Shown here piece by piece: positions 60,072 through 64,000 of a stretch of 64,000 nucleotides of DNA. Position 1 is the first letter of the stretch, and every line of letters begins with the position of its first letter. The stretch is from positions 1 to 64,000 of the IMG/VR virus record IMGVR_UViG_3300023184_008416, one strand, 5' to 3'. The notes under the pieces are model-generated. The model was given only the letters and a program-made list of their open reading frames with translations, was not told where the DNA came from and did not search any database. The translations under genes were made by a program, and so were the position numbers. The DNA comes from a virus.

Positions 60072-61708
60072 TGCCCAAAAATCACCTTTCATTGACCCGA
60101 GAAGAACAGGTCAGAGAAATCGTGCGTTGTGGCAAAGATCCAACGTACTTCACAAAAAATTACGTAAAAATCCAACATCCAACAAGGGGAACAGTACCGT
60201 TTGAAACGTATCCTTTCCAGGATGATTGCATCAGTGATTTTCAAAAGAATCGTTTCAATATTGTTTTGAAATCACGCCAGCTAGGCTTGTCAACCATCTG
60301 TGCTGATTATGCGACATGGGATGCCATATTTCACCGTGACAGAAACATACTAGTCATTGCAACCAAACTAGACACTGCAATCAACTTTATTAAAAAAGTT
60401 AAGGTAATGTTACAAAGTTTGCCTAAATGGTTATTGCTCCCCAAATTTGAAGACAACAAAAGATCTATCAGATTTAGTAACGGATCAGTTATAACTGCAA
60501 TTCCAACTTCGCCAGATGCAGGCCGTTCAGAAGCTTTGTCACTTCTCATCGTAGATGAGGCTGCATTTATTAGAGACTTTGAAGACATATGGACCGGTCT
60601 CTATCCAACAATCAGCACCGGTGGTAATGCGATCATTTTATCTACACCAAATGGTGTCGGTGGACAATATTATAAATTATGGACCCAGGCTGAGGCAGGG
60701 TTAAATGAATTCAATCCAATTAGATTGCCTTGGCAAGTACATCCAGAACACGACCAGGAATGGTTTGATAAAGAAACTCGCAACTTACCCAAACGAAAAG
60801 TAAGTCAAGAATTTTTGTGTGATTTCATATCATCTGGTGACACTTACCTTCAAAGCGAGGTAATGGATAAAGTTCGAGACAATATCACCCCACCAACTGA
60901 AAAATCTTCTATTGATAGAAACATTTGGATCTGGAAAAAACCAGAACTTGATCATCGTTACGTCATATCAGCCGATGTTGCCCGAGGTGATTCAAACGAT
61001 TTTTCTGCATTTCACGTGATAGACGCAAATGCTTCTGAGGTTGTTGCGGAATATAAAGGTAAAACAACACCTGATCGCCTCGCAGATTTATTGGCAGACT
61101 TCGGTAAACAATATAATAATGCTTTGTTGTGTCCTGAAAACAATACGTTTGGTTATACGACTTGCATTAGGTTAAAAGACATGGGTTACCCTCGTCTCTA
61201 TTATTCTTCATTCAAGGGAGACCCCTTTGAACACAAGCTCGTTGATCCGGATGAAATACCGGGATTTTCTACGCAACAAAAAAGTAGGATTCAGATCCTG
61301 ACTCACTTGGAAGAAGTGATTCGTAATTCAACAATCAAGATACACAGTCAAAGATTGTACGATGAATTACAATCATTCGTGTGGCACGGCGTTAGAGCTC
61401 AAGCCTCAAAAGATGGTAATGATGATTTGATCATGAGTCTGGCGATCGGAGCCTGGTTGGCCCTTGGAACGACAGGTTCGACAACAGGTGCAATGGAAAT
61501 AGCCAATGCGTTGTTAAAGGCAACAGGAATAATCAGAACAGACACAACTCAAATGTCTGCTGGAATAAACCAGGTTGGTCCTCTTAAAAACCACTGGTCA
61601 TCAATGAATCAACATGCCAACTCAAGAAATTACTTAAAACCTAAGGACGCAGATTCTGTGGGAGGAAAAGATCCATCTATCCACGATTTTTCTTGGCTAT
61701 TGAGATAA
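60068..61708 (+). CDS. Terminase large subunit (T4 gp17-like)
   Basis: YPFQ, LKSRQLGLST, LIVDEAAF, LSTPNG, QEFLCDF, VISADVARG..D.SAF, ENN, DDLIMSLAI. Confidence 0.96.
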   Translation: MMPKNHLSLTREEQVREIVRCGKDPTYFTKNYVKIQHPTRGTVPFETYPFQDDCISDFQKNRFNIVLKSRQLGLSTICADYATWDAIFHRDRNILVIATKLDTAINFIKKVKVMLQSLPKWLLLPKFEDNKRSIRFSNGSVITAIPTSPDAGRSEALSLLIVDEAAFIRDFEDIWTGLYPTISTGGNAIILSTPNGVGGQYYKLWTQAEAGLNEFNPIRLPWQVHPEHDQEWFDKETRNLPKRKVSQEFLCDFISSGDTYLQSEVMDKVRDNITPPTEKSSIDRNIWIWKKPELDHRYVISADVARGDSNDFSAFHVIDANASEVVAEYKGKTTPDRLADLLADFGKQYNNALLCPENNTFGYTTCIRLKDMGYPRLYYSSFKGDPFEHKLVDPDEIPGFSTQQKSRIQILTHLEEVIRNSTIKIHSQRLYDELQSFVWHGVRAQASKDGNDDLIMSLAIGAWLALGTTGSTTGAMEIANALLKATGIIRTDTTQMSAGINQVGPLKNHWSSMNQHANSRNYLKPKDADSVGGKDPSIHDFSWLLR

Positions 61709-61713
61709 TTCAA

Positions 61714-61721
61714 TATAAATA
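61714..61721 (+). promoter_or_regulatory. T4 late-promoter-like TATAAATA
   Basis: Exact octamer in the 34-nt gap ahead of an AGGAG RBS and the small gene/portal pair. Confidence 0.4.
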
Positions 61722-61742
61722 ATCTATCAGGAGACAGCACCC

Positions 61743-62081
61743 ATGCCCAGCATTACTCAAAAAAGATTGCGACAAATTATAGCAGAAGAAGTCAAAGCAG
61801 CAGTGGAAGATAATTCTGCCAACGAAAGAAAGATGGTGCCTGCTATCTCAACAGCTGCCTCTAATTTTCTTGATGCTTTAATGACATTCAAAGAAAAGTG
61901 TCCCACCGATTGTCTGTCGTCTGTCTCCGGTCTAGAACAACTAGAAAAAACACTAGAAAATATGTTCATGCACCCAGGAGATTATTTGCCCCGCGCTTCT
62001 CGACCATCTGTCAGAGATGACGTTCAGGAACTGATGCCTAAAGAGCCAGAAGCAGATGAAGACGAAGAAGAACAAATTTAA
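61743..62081 (+). CDS. Small acidic protein, possibly head-associated
   Basis: AGGAG RBS; MPSITQKRLRQIIAEEV N-terminus and acidic tail; lies between terminase and portal. Confidence 0.65.
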   Translation: MPSITQKRLRQIIAEEVKAAVEDNSANERKMVPAISTAASNFLDALMTFKEKCPTDCLSSVSGLEQLEKTLENMFMHPGDYLPRASRPSVRDDVQELMPKEPEADEDEEEQI

Positions 62082-62143
62082 CAATTATTATAAAAAACCA
62101 ATATTGATCTAAGGGCCGAACCTCGAAATAGGTCGGTGTATCA

Positions 62144-64000
62144 ATGGCAAATAAAGAATCACAAGAAAGCCTCTTTAAAAGATTAACTCGCCTCTTTCGT
62201 AGCGGACCGGTAGTAAAACGAAAGATCAGAACCGCTGATACGACCATCGCCGTTCCTGACAGGACAAAATCTTCTGGGGCTTTGCTTTTTCAAAAGAGTT
62301 TGTCACCTACATACGCAACTATCACTTCAAACGCTTATAACCTCTCAGAGCGCCTGATGAGGTACCAAGATTTTCAAGAAATGGAATATTCACTGGCAAT
62401 TTCTACAAAAATTGCTACGCCTGATGGATTCAAAACTATCGGTGAGTTGACGGAAGAGTGCGAAAAAGATCCGAACAAGACCTTCGTCGTTTATTCTTAC
62501 GACCATGTACAGAAAAAAATAGTACCCGCTTTAGGTAAACAAGCTCGTCAGACTTGCGTTGACCATGCGTGGAAAGTCAAATTTGATAACGGCAAGGAAA
62601 TAATTGCCAGCCCAGAGCATCGTTTGATGTTGCGAGATGGCACCTACAGGAAGGTTGAGGATTTGCAGCCTGGGGATTCCATGATGCCCTTCTATCGCAA
62701 GGATCTTTTTGAAGGTGCCAAGGAAGGTACCAGGGGATATTCTTGGATTTATACGATGGACGATAGGTTCCGTGGATGGACCAAAGAGCACCAGATGGTT
62801 GCCGAGTGGATTGCGGGTAGAAATTTGGCAGAAGATGAAGTGGTTCATCACATTAATTTTGTGAAGACCGACAATCGACCAGAAAATCTAAAAATTATGT
62901 CGAAGTCGGATCACGATTCTTATCACACAGCCTTAAATAATAATGTAAAATGGTCGCCTGAAAATGGGGAATGGATAGAAGACTTTAAAAAACGTCATTC
63001 CGCATGGATGCGTGACAATGCCCCAACCGCCCGCACCGACGTTACATTTTCTAGGATACTGGAAGTGGCCGAGCGCGTCGGTTTTAGCATGCCTGCGATT
63101 GCGTCGACCTTGGATGTGACCTGGAATTTGATATATTCCCGGCTGACAGCACATGGATTTGCCAATTTTGAGCAATTTGTCGAAGCTTATCGCGATGGAC
63201 AAAAAGATTCTCTGATCGATGGTCGTCCTGGATTGTTGACAAGAGACTTGACGTTAGATATGATACGTTCTGTAGTTCTTCCCGAGGACACAAAGCGATC
63301 TTTGGCCATTAAATTAGGTTGTACCACCAATGTGCTGGATAAATTTTTAGCAAAAAGAGAACGAATGACCTGGACACAGCTGAGGTCTTCTTTGGGATAC
63401 AATGATCAAGGAAGCACTGGCTTTCCAAACTTGCTCCGCCGTGGTGGAAGGCCTAAGGAAAAGAATAATCACGAAATAACATTTCAGCAAATATGTGACG
63501 CTTATCTACCCGGCCGAACTCTCCCCAGATTGGCTTCTTCTTTAGGTGTTAACAAGAACACTGTCATTTCTCGATTGGCGCAACAAGGTCACAAGAGGTA
63601 CAGCGATTTTGCTTCGGCTTATCAAAACTGTAAAGTGGAATCCATAGAATACATGGGAGTTATTCCGCTCTACGACTTAACCGTCGATGGATATAAGAAT
63701 TTTGCGACCGATTCAGTAATGTCTCATAACACACCGGAGTTGGCAGCTGCAATGGACATCTATGCAGATGAAACGGTCGCCTCTGATGAAAAGGGAAAGG
63801 TACTCCACGTTTACTCAGATAACCCTAAAATAAAACAGATTTTAGATGACCTATTTTATAATACCCTAAACGTTGAATTTAATTTGAGGTCATGGGCAAG
63901 GAATCTTTGTAAGTTTGGTGATTTCTTTTTATACAATGATGTGTCACCACAGCATGGCGTTATTAATGCTTTCCCCATCCCAGTCAATGAAATTGAACGT
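62144..64000 (+). CDS. Portal protein (T4 gp20-like), intein-containing, 3'-partial
   Basis: Absent from the ORF track. Open from ATG 62144 to the window end. The spliced product reads ...RYQDFQEMEY|TPELAAAMDIYADETVASDEKGKVLHVYSDNPKIKQILDDLFYNTLNVEFNLRSWARNLCKFGDFF. Confidence 0.9.
   Translation, partial: MANKESQESLFKRLTRLFRSGPVVKRKIRTADTTIAVPDRTKSSGALLFQKSLSPTYATITSNAYNLSERLMRYQDFQEMEYSLAISTKIATPDGFKTIGELTEECEKDPNKTFVVYSYDHVQKKIVPALGKQARQTCVDHAWKVKFDNGKEIIASPEHRLMLRDGTYRKVEDLQPGDSMMPFYRKDLFEGAKEGTRGYSWIYTMDDRFRGWTKEHQMVAEWIAGRNLAEDEVVHHINFVKTDNRPENLKIMSKSDHDSYHTALNNNVKWSPENGEWIEDFKKRHSAWMRDNAPTARTDVTFSRILEVAERVGFSMPAIASTLDVTWNLIYSRLTAHGFANFEQFVEAYRDGQKDSLIDGRPGLLTRDLTLDMIRSVVLPEDTKRSLAIKLGCTTNVLDKFLAKRERMTWTQLRSSLGYNDQGSTGFPNLLRRGGRPKEKNNHEITFQQICDAYLPGRTLPRLASSLGVNKNTVISRLAQQGHKRYSDFASAYQNCKVESIEYMGVIPLYDLTVDGYKNFATDSVMSHNTPELAAAMDIYADETVASDEKGKVLHVYSDNPKIKQILDDLFYNTLNVEFNLRSWARNLCKFGDFFLYNDVSPQHGVINAFPIPVNEIER
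62390..63730 (+). mobile_element. Intein (447 aa) with an HNH homing endonuclease and three HTH-like repeats
   Basis: Block A SLAISTKIATPDG, block B IIASPEHRLMLRDG..LQPGD, HNH EVVHHINFVKTDNRPENL..H...H, blocks F/G LYDLTVDGYKNFATDSVMSHN followed by Thr+1. Visibly more GC-rich than most of the window. Confidence 0.93.

Noticed and set aside
62038-63402. Short minus-strand ORFs over the portal/intein region
   Set aside because: Antisense to the continuous plus-strand portal-intein frame.
1-64000. Stop-codon reassignment, as seen in some large phages
   Set aside because: Coding density is near-complete in the standard code and conserved enzymes are intact. Reading through TAG 34485 would add only four codons.

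Overview
This 64 kb window is a gene-dense, AT-rich piece of a large tailed dsDNA phage genome with a contractile tail and T4-like packaging genes. It reads in the standard code, and I see no tRNA, rRNA or CRISPR array. The left arm (1-34040) is on the minus strand and, in transcription order, holds three blocks. First is an ~18 kb glycan-synthesis cluster with about 12 glycosyltransferase genes, gmd/fcl for GDP-fucose, a short nucleotide-sugar dehydrogenase and 4 methyltransferases; it has no flippase, polymerase, exporter or initiating phosphoglycosyltransferase. Next is a gp55-like sigma factor. Last is a baseplate operon: a gp5-like hub/spike, a protein with a MepA-like peptidase domain, gp25, gp6/J, a LamG-bearing wedge, and a partial ORF with three Cys-bracketed repeats. 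The right arm (34137-64000) is almost all plus strand. It carries a frameshifted membrane-protein gene, a degenerate GroEL, ClpP, a DinG-like helicase, an Hc1-like protein, a stand-alone sigma region-4 protein, PIN-PhoH, a block of large putative virion proteins, a gp4/TnsA-like nuclease, a RuvC-like resolvase, primase, a fused SbcD-SbcC, large terminase and a T4 gp20-like portal. The portal is interrupted by a 447-aa HNH intein and is missing from the supplied ORF track. The best candidate for a new system is a phage-encoded cytoplasmic pathway making a methylated, fucose-containing glycan, paired with a strong [ST]-G-S tripeptide enrichment in the putative virion proteins that may be the acceptor motif. 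All calls rest on motif recognition by eye; no searches were run.
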